Counted from the stretch's first letter, positions 38,323 through 48,760 are shown. The stretch is 64,000 bases of DNA from Candidatus Eiseniibacteriota bacterium (GCA_963707915.1 OY970178.1:96001-160000); one strand, 5' to 3'. The notes: generated from the sequence alone by a model not told the origin. Translations and numbers: made by a program.

Positions 38323-41300
38323 ATGATGGACTTCCGTCGGAAAAGCGTAACGCTGGTGGCGCTGGCGCTCGCCGCGCTGGCCATCGGCGCGGTCACTTCC
38401 CGGGCCGAAACCCGGGTCTCGAGGGCCGTGCGACGCGTCCGCCCCATGTCGGTCGAGGCGGTTTCGTCGCTCGACAATCAACGGCGCGTCGACGTCAACA
38501 GCATCAACATGTTCGTGACCAACTTCGGGTCGTGGGCCTACGACCTCGGCACCGGGAACGCCGGGCTGATCTACCCGAAGGGCACGAACAAGACCGCGAT
38601 CTTCGCCTCCGGCCCCTGGTTCGGGGCCACCGTGAACGGGGAGGTGCGGACCGAGGTCGGGGAGTACTCGCAGGAGTACAACCCGGGTGTGATCCTGCGC
38701 GAGGGCCCGTGGTCGGTGAGCGCCGACCCCGCGGACCTCGGGATGCTCAAGGTCTGGGACGACCCGGACCGCCCGGAGTACATGGTCTACAAGATGGCGC
38801 GCTGGACCGGGGACCCGTTGGACTCCACGCACCTCGAGCGGACGGTGCCGGCCAACGACCCGAACTCGACCGACCCCCTCGTGCACCATTCGTGGAACGA
38901 GTACATGACGGGGGCGGTGCCGCGGGGGGCGCCGTGGAAGATGTACCGGCTCCCGAACCCCGCTTCTCCCGGCGACAGCCTGGACGTGCCCGGCCCGGAC
39001 GTGGCCGGTGACCAGATGCTCTGGAGCGTCTACAACGATGCCGCGTTCTCGCGCCACACCAACGAGGCCGGCAAGTCGCTGCCGCTCGGGCTGGAGATCC
39101 GCCAGACCACGTTCGCCTTCGACCGGCAGGGTGCCCTGGGCAACGCGATCTTCGTGAAGCTCGAGATCATCCACCCCGAATTGCCGGCCCCGGCGGACAC
39201 CGTCTACCGCACGACGCTCGAGAACATGTACGTCTCGCTCTGGGCGGACCCGGACCTGGGCGGCGCGACCGACGACCTGGTGGGCTGCGACACGCTGCTG
39301 TCGCTCGGGTACTGCTACAACGCCACGAACAACGATCAGCTCTACGGCACGACGCCGCCGGCGGTGGGCTACGACTTCTTCCTCGGCCCGAAGCCCTTCC
39401 ACGGCGCCACGACGACGCTGCCGATGACGTCCTTCAACAAGTACATCAACGGCACCGACCCGGCCTCGTCCGAAGCGACCTACAACTACATGCAGGGCCT
39501 CCAGGCGGACGGGACCGACCTGATCAACCCGATCACGGGGCTGCCCACGCGCTTCTTCGATTCGGGCGACCCGGTCAAGGGCACGGGCTGGATCGACGGC
39601 AATGCGGCCGACAAGCGGATGATGCTGTCGTCGGGGCCGTTCTCCATGTCGCCGGGCGACACCCAGGTCGTGGTCGGCGCCATCGTCATCGCGCGGGGCA
39701 GCGACCGGCTGGCGTCCGTGACCGGCCTGAAGTTCTACGACACGTTCGCGCAGGCCGCATTCGACTCGAACTTCAACCTCCCGCCGCCTCCGCCCCAGCC
39801 GAAGGTCACGACGAAGGTCGCGCACCAGGAGATCCAGTTCTGCTGGGACACCGGCTCGTGGAGCAACTACGTCGCGCCGCCCGGATACAAGTTCGAGGGC
39901 TACGTCGTGTACCAGGGGACGTCGAAGACCGGGCCATGGAAGCGCCTGGTGACCTACGACCTCGTGGATTCGATCGGCGTCGTGCGTGACACGGTGTTCG
40001 ACACCACCACCGGGCAGCTCATCACCGACTACCCGGTGGCCTTCGGCGGCGACAACGGCCTCGCCTACTGCTACAGCACGACCCAGGACGCGATCGGCGG
40101 GGGCACGCTGAGGGACGCGACGCCCTACTACTTCGCCGTCACGGCGTACGCGGTGCCCGCGGACAAGGGGTGCCTCGACGGCACCGCGCTCCCCGGGGCG
40201 CTGTGCCCGGAGCCGCGGGTGCTCGAGACCTCGCAGCAGCCGATCACGGTGATCCCGCAGCGGCCGGCGCTGGGGACCGATCCCGCGACGGCGGCGGCCG
40301 TGATGACCCACCTGCGGATCGACACCTCCAAGCCGCCGGGTACGGACGACGTCCAGTTCAACGTGGTGGCGCCGGAGCTCGTGACGGGGCACATCTACAA
40401 GGTCTTCTACACCCCGACCGAGCGGCCGCCGGTGACGATCGCGGTGGGGCCGGACACCGCCACGGTGCTCTTCGCGTGGAACGTGCAGGATTCGACCACC
40501 GGCGCGATGCTCCTCACCAACCAGCTGAACCGGCGGGGGGACCTGGACTACCAGGTGGTGGACGGGATCCAGATGATGGACATCGGCAAGTACTTCCCCG
40601 CGCTGCAGTCGGTCGCGTATTTCGACAACAAGGGGGCTTCGAGCACGGCGCTCGAAGGCGTCAACTTCGGGCTCGGCCTCTTCGGCGGCGGCGCGGACTA
40701 CGCCTTCAACTTCTTCGGCAGCACGCTGGACCCGATCGCCATGCCGGACTCCTTCACCTCGGTGGAGGTCCGCTTCAGCCACAGCGCCACGCAGAAGGCG
40801 TACCGGTTCCTCCGCCGCGAGATGCTGGACGGCTCGGCGCCGGCAGTCGGGCGCGGGTACATCTACGGCGGGTTCCACCCGTGCAACTTCCAGGTCTGGG
40901 ACGTGACCAACAACGTGCAGCTCGACGCGGCATTCCTGGAGAAGGTGGCCACCGCCTCGGATGGAACGATCCTGCCGCCGGCACAGCAGCCGGCGACCTT
41001 CGACTCGACCTGGCGGACGACGGCGGACGACGTCGGGGACCGCGAGTACCTGTTCGTCTACCGGCGGCCGTACAGCGATGCGCCCAAGGCCGAGCTGGCC
41101 GTGGACGCCAGCGTGTACGACGGGAACGTCCCCGTGCTCTACACGGTGGGCCCCAAGCTCCACGACGCCACGTCGGTGGTCGAGGACGGATCCACGCTGC
41201 AGCTCCTGTACGCGAACCCCTCGACCTCGAACGATGTCTACGTGTTCAACACCTCGAAGCTGGTGCGGGGCGACGCCGGGCTCGCGAAGGCGGGGCTTGA

Positions 41301-41613
41301 CCGCATCCGCGTGGTCCCGAACCCCTACTACAACCGTTCCGGATACGAGCTGAGCCAGTTCAATCGCGTGATGCGCTTCATCAACATGCCGGAAGTCGCC
41401 ACGGTGAGGATCTTCAGCCTCTCGGGGCAGCTCGTGCGGACGCTCCAGAAGACCGACCCAACCACCTCCCTGCTGGACTGGGACCTGCACACCGAGAACC
41501 GGCTGCCGGTCGCAAGCGGCGTGTACGTCTATCACGTCGAGGCGCCGGGCGTCGGGACCATCTACGGTCGCCTGGTCGTGTTCATGGAGAAGGAACGGCT
41601 GAACACCTTCTAG
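38323..41613 (+). CDS. Large secreted protein with an FN3-like region and a T9SS type-A-like C-terminal sorting domain
   Basis: Signal peptide. FN3-like W...FEGYVVY...YYFAVTAY. CTD IRVVPNPY...VRIFSLSGQLVRTL...WD...VASGVYVYHV. Confidence 0.8.
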   Translation: MMDFRRKSVTLVALALAALAIGAVTSRAETRVSRAVRRVRPMSVEAVSSLDNQRRVDVNSINMFVTNFGSWAYDLGTGNAGLIYPKGTNKTAIFASGPWFGATVNGEVRTEVGEYSQEYNPGVILREGPWSVSADPADLGMLKVWDDPDRPEYMVYKMARWTGDPLDSTHLERTVPANDPNSTDPLVHHSWNEYMTGAVPRGAPWKMYRLPNPASPGDSLDVPGPDVAGDQMLWSVYNDAAFSRHTNEAGKSLPLGLEIRQTTFAFDRQGALGNAIFVKLEIIHPELPAPADTVYRTTLENMYVSLWADPDLGGATDDLVGCDTLLSLGYCYNATNNDQLYGTTPPAVGYDFFLGPKPFHGATTTLPMTSFNKYINGTDPASSEATYNYMQGLQADGTDLINPITGLPTRFFDSGDPVKGTGWIDGNAADKRMMLSSGPFSMSPGDTQVVVGAIVIARGSDRLASVTGLKFYDTFAQAAFDSNFNLPPPPPQPKVTTKVAHQEIQFCWDTGSWSNYVAPPGYKFEGYVVYQGTSKTGPWKRLVTYDLVDSIGVVRDTVFDTTTGQLITDYPVAFGGDNGLAYCYSTTQDAIGGGTLRDATPYYFAVTAYAVPADKGCLDGTALPGALCPEPRVLETSQQPITVIPQRPALGTDPATAAAVMTHLRIDTSKPPGTDDVQFNVVAPELVTGHIYKVFYTPTERPPVTIAVGPDTATVLFAWNVQDSTTGAMLLTNQLNRRGDLDYQVVDGIQMMDIGKYFPALQSVAYFDNKGASSTALEGVNFGLGLFGGGADYAFNFFGSTLDPIAMPDSFTSVEVRFSHSATQKAYRFLRREMLDGSAPAVGRGYIYGGFHPCNFQVWDVTNNVQLDAAFLEKVATASDGTILPPAQQPATFDSTWRTTADDVGDREYLFVYRRPYSDAPKAELAVDASVYDGNVPVLYTVGPKLHDATSVVEDGSTLQLLYANPSTSNDVYVFNTSKLVRGDAGLAKAGLDRIRVVPNPYYNRSGYELSQFNRVMRFINMPEVATVRIFSLSGQLVRTLQKTDPTTSLLDWDLHTENRLPVASGVYVYHVEAPGVGTIYGRLVVFMEKERLNTF

Positions 41614-41660
41614 GAGGGGGTGCGACGATGAACGGGAATCCTTCGCAAAGGAGAGACAAG

Positions 41661-42743
41661 ATGCCTCGTCTCATCATTCTCGCGCTCGTCCTGCCGGCCC
41701 TTCTGGCGGGCGCGGCGGCCCCGGCCCACGCGGGCTCGAACGGCCGCAAGGGAACCGAAGGGGCTCAGGAGCTGCTCATCCCCGTGGGGCCGCGCGGCGA
41801 GGCCCTCGGAGGGGCGGTCGTGGCGGATGTCAGCGGGGTGGAGGCGATGTTCTGGAACCCGGCCGGTCTGGGGGCGTTGACCAAGACCGAGGCCCTGTTC
41901 ACGCACACCCAGTACTTCGCGGACATGAAGCTGAACTTCATCGGCGTCGGCGCCCACTTCGGCAACTTCGGCACGCTGGGCTTCGCGGCCAAGGTGCTCT
42001 CGATCGGGGACGTCATCGTGACCACCGAGACCGCACCGGAGGGCACCGGCGAGATCGCCCAGCCCACGTTCGCGGTGCTGGGGCTGAGTTGGGCCCGGCA
42101 GTTCACCGACCGCGTCCTGTTCGGCGTGACCGGGAACCTGGTGAGCGAGCGCATCATCACGATGAGCGCCACGGGGGTGGCGTTCGATTTCGGGGTGCAG
42201 TACCTGACCGGCTGGCACGGTCTGAAGCTGGGCATGGTGATGAAGAACTTCGGCCCCGGCATGACCTTCAGCGGTCCCGGGGCGGAGGCCAGCATCCTCG
42301 CGCCCGGCCAGGACCCGACCGCCGCGCCCCGCATCTTCACCTCGGAGACCGCGGCCTTCGACCTGCCTTCGTATTTCACGATGGGGGCCTCCGGCAACGT
42401 CTACAGCACGCCCGCGGCCCGGGTGACGCTGCTCGGCGCGCTGCAGAACAACAACTACCAGGGGAACGCCGTCCGGGCCGGCGTGGAGTGCGGATACCGC
42501 GACCTGGTCACCGTGCGCGGGTCGTACTACGGCAGCTTCGTGGGAAGGACGGATCCCATCACCGCCCTCGACCAGTCGAAGTTTATGGGCGGTGACGACC
42601 TCTACACCGGCTTCGCGGCGGGGGTCGGGCTGAAGGTCCGCACCGGCGACACCGGTCACATGGGTGTGGACTTCACCTGGCGGCCGGTCCGCGCCGGGCT
42701 GTTCGACGACATCATCGACGTCGGCGTGAGCCTGGCCTTCTAG
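41661..42743 (+). CDS. PorV/PorQ (UPF0164)-family outer-membrane barrel
   Basis: AAGGAG then ATG 41661. AQELLIPVGPRGEALGGA...FWNPAGL, AFDFGVQY, NFG, terminal Phe. Confidence 0.82.
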   Translation: MPRLIILALVLPALLAGAAAPAHAGSNGRKGTEGAQELLIPVGPRGEALGGAVVADVSGVEAMFWNPAGLGALTKTEALFTHTQYFADMKLNFIGVGAHFGNFGTLGFAAKVLSIGDVIVTTETAPEGTGEIAQPTFAVLGLSWARQFTDRVLFGVTGNLVSERIITMSATGVAFDFGVQYLTGWHGLKLGMVMKNFGPGMTFSGPGAEASILAPGQDPTAAPRIFTSETAAFDLPSYFTMGASGNVYSTPAARVTLLGALQNNNYQGNAVRAGVECGYRDLVTVRGSYYGSFVGRTDPITALDQSKFMGGDDLYTGFAAGVGLKVRTGDTGHMGVDFTWRPVRAGLFDDIIDVGVSLAF

Positions 42744-42768
42744 CCCGCCCGGCGGCGTCCGGGACGTG

Positions 42769-42805
42769 ACGGCCCGTGGGGAACGTTCCCACGGGCCGTT
42801 CCTTT
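42769..42805 (+). terminator. Intrinsic terminator and intron target site
   Basis: 12-bp stem ACGGCCCGTGGG / CCCACGGGCCGT followed by TCCTTT. Confidence 0.8.
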
Positions 42806-44688
42806 GTGCGCCCGGCAGGGCGCGATGACTTGGAGGTGGAAGTCCTCTACGGACCCTGATGACGGGAACCGTTAGCCGGAGGCAACTGCGTCGCCGCGAG
42901 GCGGGGTGGGAAGGAAGCCCGAGGCAAAGCTCCGGCCCGAGGAACACGAAGCGCATACGAGGCGACGGCAGGTGGGCGAGAGGGCAAAGAGACTCGAAGC
43001 CCGAAGTCATCCGGAACGTGCCGGCGTAGATGCGACGGGTGGATGGAGCGAAAGTCACGCGTCATACCCGGGGAGACCTCGCCTCACGCCCGAAAGGGTG
43101 ACGTTCGGCTGAGCAGTCGGCCCCGAACGGAGCGAGGAGTCAGCCGAGGCCATAGTAGCGGGGCGCACACCCGCGAAGGGCCGAACCAGAGGAGCCGAAC
43201 CGGACCGATGGGTTCGCGACGTGAAGGAGACGCAGGAACGAGGGCTGGGAAGCCCGAGCCGGTCCGGGAGGCAGGCGGCGGAACCGCCGAGGTACCGGAA
43301 CCGGAGCGTCAAGCACACGCGGCACGCAGCGGAGCAGCCGGGGACGAGGCTCGGAGTCTCATCGACGAAGTGCTGCGCCGCGAGAACCTGGCGGTGGCGC
43401 ACGCGCGGGTGGTGTCGAACGGCGGTGCGCCGGGCGTGGACGGGATGACCGTCGAAGCGCTTGGGGCATACTGCCGCGAGCACTGGCCGCGCATCCGGCA
43501 GGAGCTGCTGGGCGGTACGTATCGCCCGCAATCGGTGCGACGGGTGGAGATCCCGAAGCCCGGCGGCGGCGTGCGCATGCTCGGCATCCCGACGGTGCTG
43601 GACCGGATGATCCAACAGGCGCTGCATCAGGTGCTTACCCCCATCTTCGACCCGACGTTCTCGGACGCGAGCTTCGGCTTCCGGCCGGGACGCGGGGCGC
43701 ACGACGCGGTCGTGCGTGCCCGCGAACACATCGCGGCGGGCTACCGGTGGGTGGTGGACCTGGACCTGGCGAAGTTCTTCGACACGGTGAACCACGACGT
43801 GCTGATGCGACTCGTGGCGAGGCGGGTGAAGGACAAGCGGGTGCTCCGGCTGATCGGCTGCTATCTGCGGGCCGGGATGCTGGAGGGTGGAGTCGCGTCA
43901 CCCCGGACGGAGGGCACGCCACAGGGCGGGCCGCTGTCACCGCTGCTGTCCAACATCCTGCTCGATGAGCTGGACAAGGAACTGGAGCGACGGGGACACC
44001 GCTTCGTGCGCTATGCCGACGACTGCAACGTGTACGTGCGGTCGCAGGCGGCGGGCGAGCGGGTAATGGCGTCGCTGGAGGGCTTCCTCACGAAGCGGCT
44101 CCGGCTGAAGGTGAACCGGGACAAGAGCGCGGTGGCGAGGCCGTGGGACCGCACGTTCCTCGGCTACTCGTTCACGGTGGACCGCGAAGCGAAGCTCAAG
44201 GTCGCCCGGAGGTCGGTTCAACGACTGAAGGACAAGCTACGAGCCACGTTCCGGGCCGCCCGGGGCCGCCGCCTCAAGGACACCATCGCGACGCTCGTCC
44301 CCGATCATCCGGGGCTGGACGGCGTACTACCGGCTGAGCCAGGTCGGCAACGTGTTCGAAGAACTGGACCAGTGGCTGCGGCGGAAACTGCGTGCCGTGC
44401 TGTGGCGGCAGTGGAAGCGGGGCCGCACCCGGTTCGACGAACTTCGCCGCCGTGGTCTGACCGCGGAACACGCACGCCTCGGTGCTGGTAATGGCCGGGG
44501 CCCGTGGTGGAATGCCGGGGCCAGCCACATGAACGCCGCCGTTCCGGTCCTGACCCTGCGTCAACTTGGTCTCGTGAGCTTCGTCGAGGAACACCGGCGC
44601 CTTGCGCGCTCAGCTTGAACCGCCGTATGCCGAACGGCACGTACGGTGGTGTGGGAGGCGGGGCCGGTAACGACCCCGCCTACCCGAT
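42806..44688 (+). mobile_element. Group II intron, class C (IIC), ~1883 nt
   Basis: 5' GTGCG immediately after a terminator. Domain V GAACCGCCGTATGCCGAACGGCACGTACGGTGGTG with CGC triad, domain VI with bulged A, and a 3' end CCTACCCGAT. Confidence 0.93.
43208..44618 (+). CDS. ltrA: Group II intron reverse transcriptase/maturase, no endonuclease domain; frameshift near 44300
   Basis: GAPGVDG, IPKPGG, LGIPTVLDR, GFRPGR, DLAKFFD, GTPQGGPLSPLL, RYADD, FLGY. The maturase GW..YY segment continues in the shifted frame to TGA 44618. Confidence 0.93.
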
Positions 44689-44713
44689 CCTGCCCGGTGC
44701 TCCGCCCGCGCCC

Positions 44714-46189
44714 TCAGCCTGCCAGCTCGCGCAGCCGCTCCAGCAGCCGCACGGTGCCCCAGGTGTCGAGTTCGCAGTAGCGCAGCAGCGCCTCGCGCAC
44801 CCGGCTCCGGTCCGCGGCCGTCAGCGTCTCACCGCGCAGCAGCAGCCGGCCCAGCTCCAGCGTCGCGCTGCCGCCGTCGGCGATCTCGAGCCCCGCGTAG
44901 CTCAGCTCGGGCACGAGCGCGGGCAGAACGCTCTTGAGGCTGAAGCTGCCGCCGAAGGCGGGATGGTAGACATGGTCGCGCACGGCGGGCAGCAGGTCCA
45001 CGATCCGCGACTCGATGTCCCCCATCCGGCGGGCCGTCGCCGGGCCGAGCGCCGCTCCCAGTTCGCGGAGGCGGCCCCTCTCGAAGCTCGCGTTGTACGC
45101 GACGATGGTCGCCGCGCCCGAACAGGCCGCGGCCAGCGCCTCCGCGATCGGCGGCCGCGGGTCCTCCGGGCCGTCGGCCAGCCACGCGACGTGCTCGTGG
45201 CCGCCGCCCGGCCGTTCCCGGTGGCAGCTGAACTGGACCGGGACGTGGTCGTAGGGGTGGCAGCCGTTCCACACCGGGACGGCCGGGTTGATGGTCTCGA
45301 AGTCGAGGAACGCCAGCGGCGGCACGAACGCCTCGAGCGCGCCGCGCAGCGAGGGCTCCACGATCATCCGGCCGGCGACCACGGCGCGGCGCTGACGCGC
45401 GGCAGTCGGGTTGAGGCCCGTCCCCGCGGGCAGCGCGGCGATGGTGCGGCAACCGCCGGCGTCGAGCTCCCAGGCCTGCCTGCCGAGGCGGTAGAGCGTG
45501 CTCACGTGGTGTTCCGGCAGGTCCGCCCAGCAGCGGGGGATGAAGGGACACTCGGTGGGCGCGTTGCAGTGCGGGCCGATCGCGACCCGGGGCAGCGGTC
45601 CCTCGAGCATGCGCAGTTGCCCCCGCGCCATCGCCGGGATGTCGGGCAGCAGGGCTGCGACCTCGCGGGTCACGTCGCTGCGGGCGAACAGGTCGCCCAG
45701 CTCGGGGAACGTGCACGCCCGGTTCAGGTGCATGATCTCGACCCGGCGCACCTCGATCCCCGCCTGACCGAGGACGTGCGCCTGGATGGCCGCATCGGGC
45801 AGGTGCTCGGGCTTGACGCTGGTCGAGGACTTGACCTCGACCAGGCCGAAGCCGCCGCCGCGCAGCCGCTCGAGGATGTCCACCGCCACGAACACGCGGT
45901 CCGCGAGGAACGAGGCCTCGTAGATGACCCGCGCCCCGGCCGCGAGCGCCGCCGCGGTCGCGGCGACCTTCTTCTGCGTCTGGTCGTAGGGGAAGTCGAT
46001 CAGCGTTCCCCCGGGCACGTAGGTGCGTGCCAGCGCCCCGATCCTCGTGCCCTGGTCGAAGATCGCCTGGGTCTGCGGACCTGGCTTCAACTCGGGAGCG
46101 TCCGGCTCGTGCACGCGCCACCAGAGCTGCCTGGCGCACTGCAGGCCGCTGGTGAAGCGGGACTTGGAGAGACGCGGCGCGTGGCTCAT
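44714..46189 (-). CDS. DUF2779-domain protein: Cas4-like PD-(D/E)XK nuclease fused to a DEDDy/RNase H-like exonuclease
   Basis: LSKSRF..GLQC, DILE...EVKSST...DAAIQ, CNAPTECPFIPRC. Then LDFET, YNASFE, SFSLKSVLP, YCELD. Confidence 0.8.
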   Translation of the reverse strand: MSHAPRLSKSRFTSGLQCARQLWWRVHEPDAPELKPGPQTQAIFDQGTRIGALARTYVPGGTLIDFPYDQTQKKVAATAAALAAGARVIYEASFLADRVFVAVDILERLRGGGFGLVEVKSSTSVKPEHLPDAAIQAHVLGQAGIEVRRVEIMHLNRACTFPELGDLFARSDVTREVAALLPDIPAMARGQLRMLEGPLPRVAIGPHCNAPTECPFIPRCWADLPEHHVSTLYRLGRQAWELDAGGCRTIAALPAGTGLNPTAARQRRAVVAGRMIVEPSLRGALEAFVPPLAFLDFETINPAVPVWNGCHPYDHVPVQFSCHRERPGGGHEHVAWLADGPEDPRPPIAEALAAACSGAATIVAYNASFERGRLRELGAALGPATARRMGDIESRIVDLLPAVRDHVYHPAFGGSFSLKSVLPALVPELSYAGLEIADGGSATLELGRLLLRGETLTAADRSRVREALLRYCELDTWGTVRLLERLRELAG

Positions 46190-46217
46190 GCGGGACGGCG
46201 GCCGCCGGCGTTCCGCC

Positions 46218-47330
46218 CTACCGGCCCGACGTCTTCATCACCTTCCGCACCACGTTCGTCCCGGGGCCGCGGAGGCGCACGAAGTAGAGCCCGGGTCCGA
46301 CCGCCTCGTGCGTGCCGCCGGGGTGCCACGTGACGACGCCCTCGCCCGCGACGCCGTCCGCGAGTCGTGCCACGCGCGCGCCGCGCACGTCGAACACCTC
46401 CACGCTCAGCGGGCCCCCGCCGGCATACTCGACCGTCAGCTCGTCCCGGTCGCGCCCGAGGGGCGAGGGATAGGCGAGCAGGCCGGAGCCGAGGGGTGCC
46501 CGCCCGGCGTTCACCCAGGCGGTGGTGACGAGCGAAGCGGTCAGCACGCTGGCCGTGTCGAGCCGTGCCTGCGTCAGGGTGTGCGTGCCGCTCCACAGCG
46601 ACGCGTAGTAGTACGAGTCGTAGGCCCCGGAGGAAGCCCTCCGGGCTTCGTCGTCCGCTGCCAGGATGGGGCTCACGCCGGCCCACGAGGCGGCGATGAG
46701 GTCGAACGCCGCGTCCAGCGCGCTCGGGCAGAACACGGCGGTCATCGCCGGGGTGTCCAGCTGGCCGAGGTACGTGGTGATCATGTCGCTCTCGTAGCGC
46801 GAGTGGATCCCGTTGTTGCCGGTGCGCTGGCCGTCGAAGTTCACGGTGCAGTGGAGCGGATGGCTGGCGTCGCCCACGTAGTGGCAGAGGTCGGCGATGG
46901 TCAGCGCGGCGGCGTCCCACTGCTGCGCCCGGAACTGCGCGGTGAGCGTCCCCACGGCCTCGCCGATCGCCCAGGGCAGCACGCCTTCGTCGGCGACGGT
47001 CGCGGCGCCGTACAGCGCCTCCAGCGCGGCCCGGCTGCGCGGCAGGGTCCCGGCCAGGAACTCGGGGTAGTAGTCGATGTCGATGTAGTGCTTCTCGCTC
47101 TCGCCCGGCGTGGAGCCCTTGCGCGTGTCGGGATCGGTGACGTGCGCATCCACCTCGCCGTCGTACGCGCGCAGCGTGCCCAGGGAGTCGGGCAGGTGCT
47201 GCGAGTAGTGCTGCGCGATGTAGTGGTGGGCGGTCGAGCCCCAGGTCCAGCCGGTCGAGGGCAGGACCGCGCAGAGGAGGGCGGCGAGGCCCGCGACGAG
47301 GATGTGCGGCCTACGGATCGATCTGGGCAT
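46218..47330 (-). CDS. Secreted S1/P1 nuclease / Zn-phospholipase C family protein with a C-terminal sorting domain (paralog 1)
   Basis: Signal peptide then WGSTAH, DPD, HYIDID, HYVGDASHPLH, IHSRYES. CTD VFDVRGARVARL...GPGLYFVRL. Confidence 0.8.
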   Translation of the reverse strand: MPRSIRRPHILVAGLAALLCAVLPSTGWTWGSTAHHYIAQHYSQHLPDSLGTLRAYDGEVDAHVTDPDTRKGSTPGESEKHYIDIDYYPEFLAGTLPRSRAALEALYGAATVADEGVLPWAIGEAVGTLTAQFRAQQWDAAALTIADLCHYVGDASHPLHCTVNFDGQRTGNNGIHSRYESDMITTYLGQLDTPAMTAVFCPSALDAAFDLIAASWAGVSPILAADDEARRASSGAYDSYYYASLWSGTHTLTQARLDTASVLTASLVTTAWVNAGRAPLGSGLLAYPSPLGRDRDELTVEYAGGGPLSVEVFDVRGARVARLADGVAGEGVVTWHPGGTHEAVGPGLYFVRLRGPGTNVVRKVMKTSGR

Positions 47331-47605
47331 GGAGTTCCCTTTGCGGCGGGAGGGGCGCCCGGAGGCGTGCATGGAGTGCCGAGGATTGTCCGCGAGGATA
47401 GCATGTCCGGCCCGGAGGCCAAGAGCGCCCACGGGGCGGCAACGGAGCGCCCCGCCCGCCGGTCGGTCGACGCCAGGCGCGGACCGGCGCGCGTTCTGCG
47501 GCACGGCCGGGCCGGGTGACCGCGGGCTCGAACGGACCGGGCGGCCACCCTGGAGCGTGGGTGGCCGCCCGGATCCTGCGTCCCGGCCGAGGTCGCCGCC
47601 AGCTT

Positions 47606-48760
47606 TCATTGCAGCAGCGTCACCCGCCGCACCAGGCTCGTCCCGGGACCGCTGAGGCGCACGAAGTAGAGCCCGGGACCGGCCGGCGCGCCCGAGCTGC
47701 CGGGACGCCAGGTCACGCTGCCTTCGCCGGAGACGTTGTCCGCCAGACGGGCCACGCGAGCCCCGCGCACGTCGAAGACGTCCACGCTGAGGGGGCCGCG
47801 GGCGGCGAAGTGGACGGTCAGCACGTCACGGAACGGCGTGGGGCCGGCGCTCAGCCGGACGCCGCCGTCGGCGATCGGCTGGGGTACGGATACCGGCGGC
47901 GCGCCGCTGGAGCCGGGCACCGTCGGTTGGCCGGCGTCCACCCAGGCGGAGTAGACGAGCGAAGCGGTCAGCACGCTGGCCGTGTCGAGCCGCGCCTGGG
48001 TCAGGGTGCGGGTGCTGTTCCACAGCGATGCGTAGTAGGTCGTCCCGCTGGTCGACCCGCCCGCCGCCGCCTTGGCGGCGGTGTCCGCCGTGAGGATCGG
48101 GCTCACGCCGGCCCACGAGGCGGCGATCACGTCGAACGCCGCGTCCTGGGCGCTCGGGTAGTACGCGACGGTCATCGCCGGGGTGTCCAGCTGGCCGAGG
48201 TAGGTGGTGATCAGGTTGCTCTCGTGGCGCGAGTGGATGCCGGTGTTGCCGGTGAGCTGGCCGTTGTAGTTGACGGTGCAGTGCAGCGGCTGGTTGGCGT
48301 CGCCCACGTAGTGACACAGGTCGGCGATGGTCAGCGAGGCGGCGCTCCAGTTCAGCGCCTGGAACTGCGTGGTGAGCGTGTTCACCGAGGCGACGATGGC
48401 CCAGGGCAGCACGCCTTCGCCCAGCACGATGGCCGGGCTGTAGAGCGCCTCGAGCGCCGCCCGGTCGCGCGGCAGGGTGCCGGCGAGGAACTCGGGGTAG
48501 TAGTCGATGTCGATGTAGTGCTTGTCGCTCTCGCCGGGCGTGGAGCCCTTGCGGGTGTCGGGGTCGGTCACGTGCGCGTCCACGGTGGCGTCGTAGCTGC
48601 GCAGGCCGTCGATGTAGGCCGGCAGGTGCTGCGAGTAGTGCTGGGCGATGTAGTGGTGGCCCACCGAGCCCCAGGTCCAGCCGGTCGAGGGCAGGACCGC
48701 GCAGAGGAGGACGGTGAGAGCCGCGATGGAGGCGTGCCGCACACGAGTATCGTCGAGCAT
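47606..48760 (-). CDS. Secreted S1/P1 nuclease / Zn-phospholipase C family protein with a C-terminal sorting domain (paralog 2)
   Basis: WGSVGH, HYIDID, HYVGDANQPLH, IHSRHES. Pro/Gly linker, then CTD GPTPF...VFDVRG...GPGLYFVRL. Confidence 0.8.
   Translation of the reverse strand: MLDDTRVRHASIAALTVLLCAVLPSTGWTWGSVGHHYIAQHYSQHLPAYIDGLRSYDATVDAHVTDPDTRKGSTPGESDKHYIDIDYYPEFLAGTLPRDRAALEALYSPAIVLGEGVLPWAIVASVNTLTTQFQALNWSAASLTIADLCHYVGDANQPLHCTVNYNGQLTGNTGIHSRHESNLITTYLGQLDTPAMTVAYYPSAQDAAFDVIAASWAGVSPILTADTAAKAAAGGSTSGTTYYASLWNSTRTLTQARLDTASVLTASLVYSAWVDAGQPTVPGSSGAPPVSVPQPIADGGVRLSAGPTPFRDVLTVHFAARGPLSVDVFDVRGARVARLADNVSGEGSVTWRPGSSGAPAGPGLYFVRLSGPGTSLVRRVTLLQ

Noticed and set aside
35049..41535. 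Two minus-strand ORFs of more than 1100 aa
   Set aside because: Antisense to the TBDR and the secreted protein, which carry clear motifs.
43043..44618. RT as a retron, DGR or defence-associated RT
   Set aside because: It sits inside canonical group IIC intron RNA ends and has a maturase domain; no TR/VR or msr-msd is seen.
44714..46189. CRISPR-Cas locus suggested by the Cas4-like domain
   Set aside because: No repeat-spacer array or other cas genes were seen in the window.
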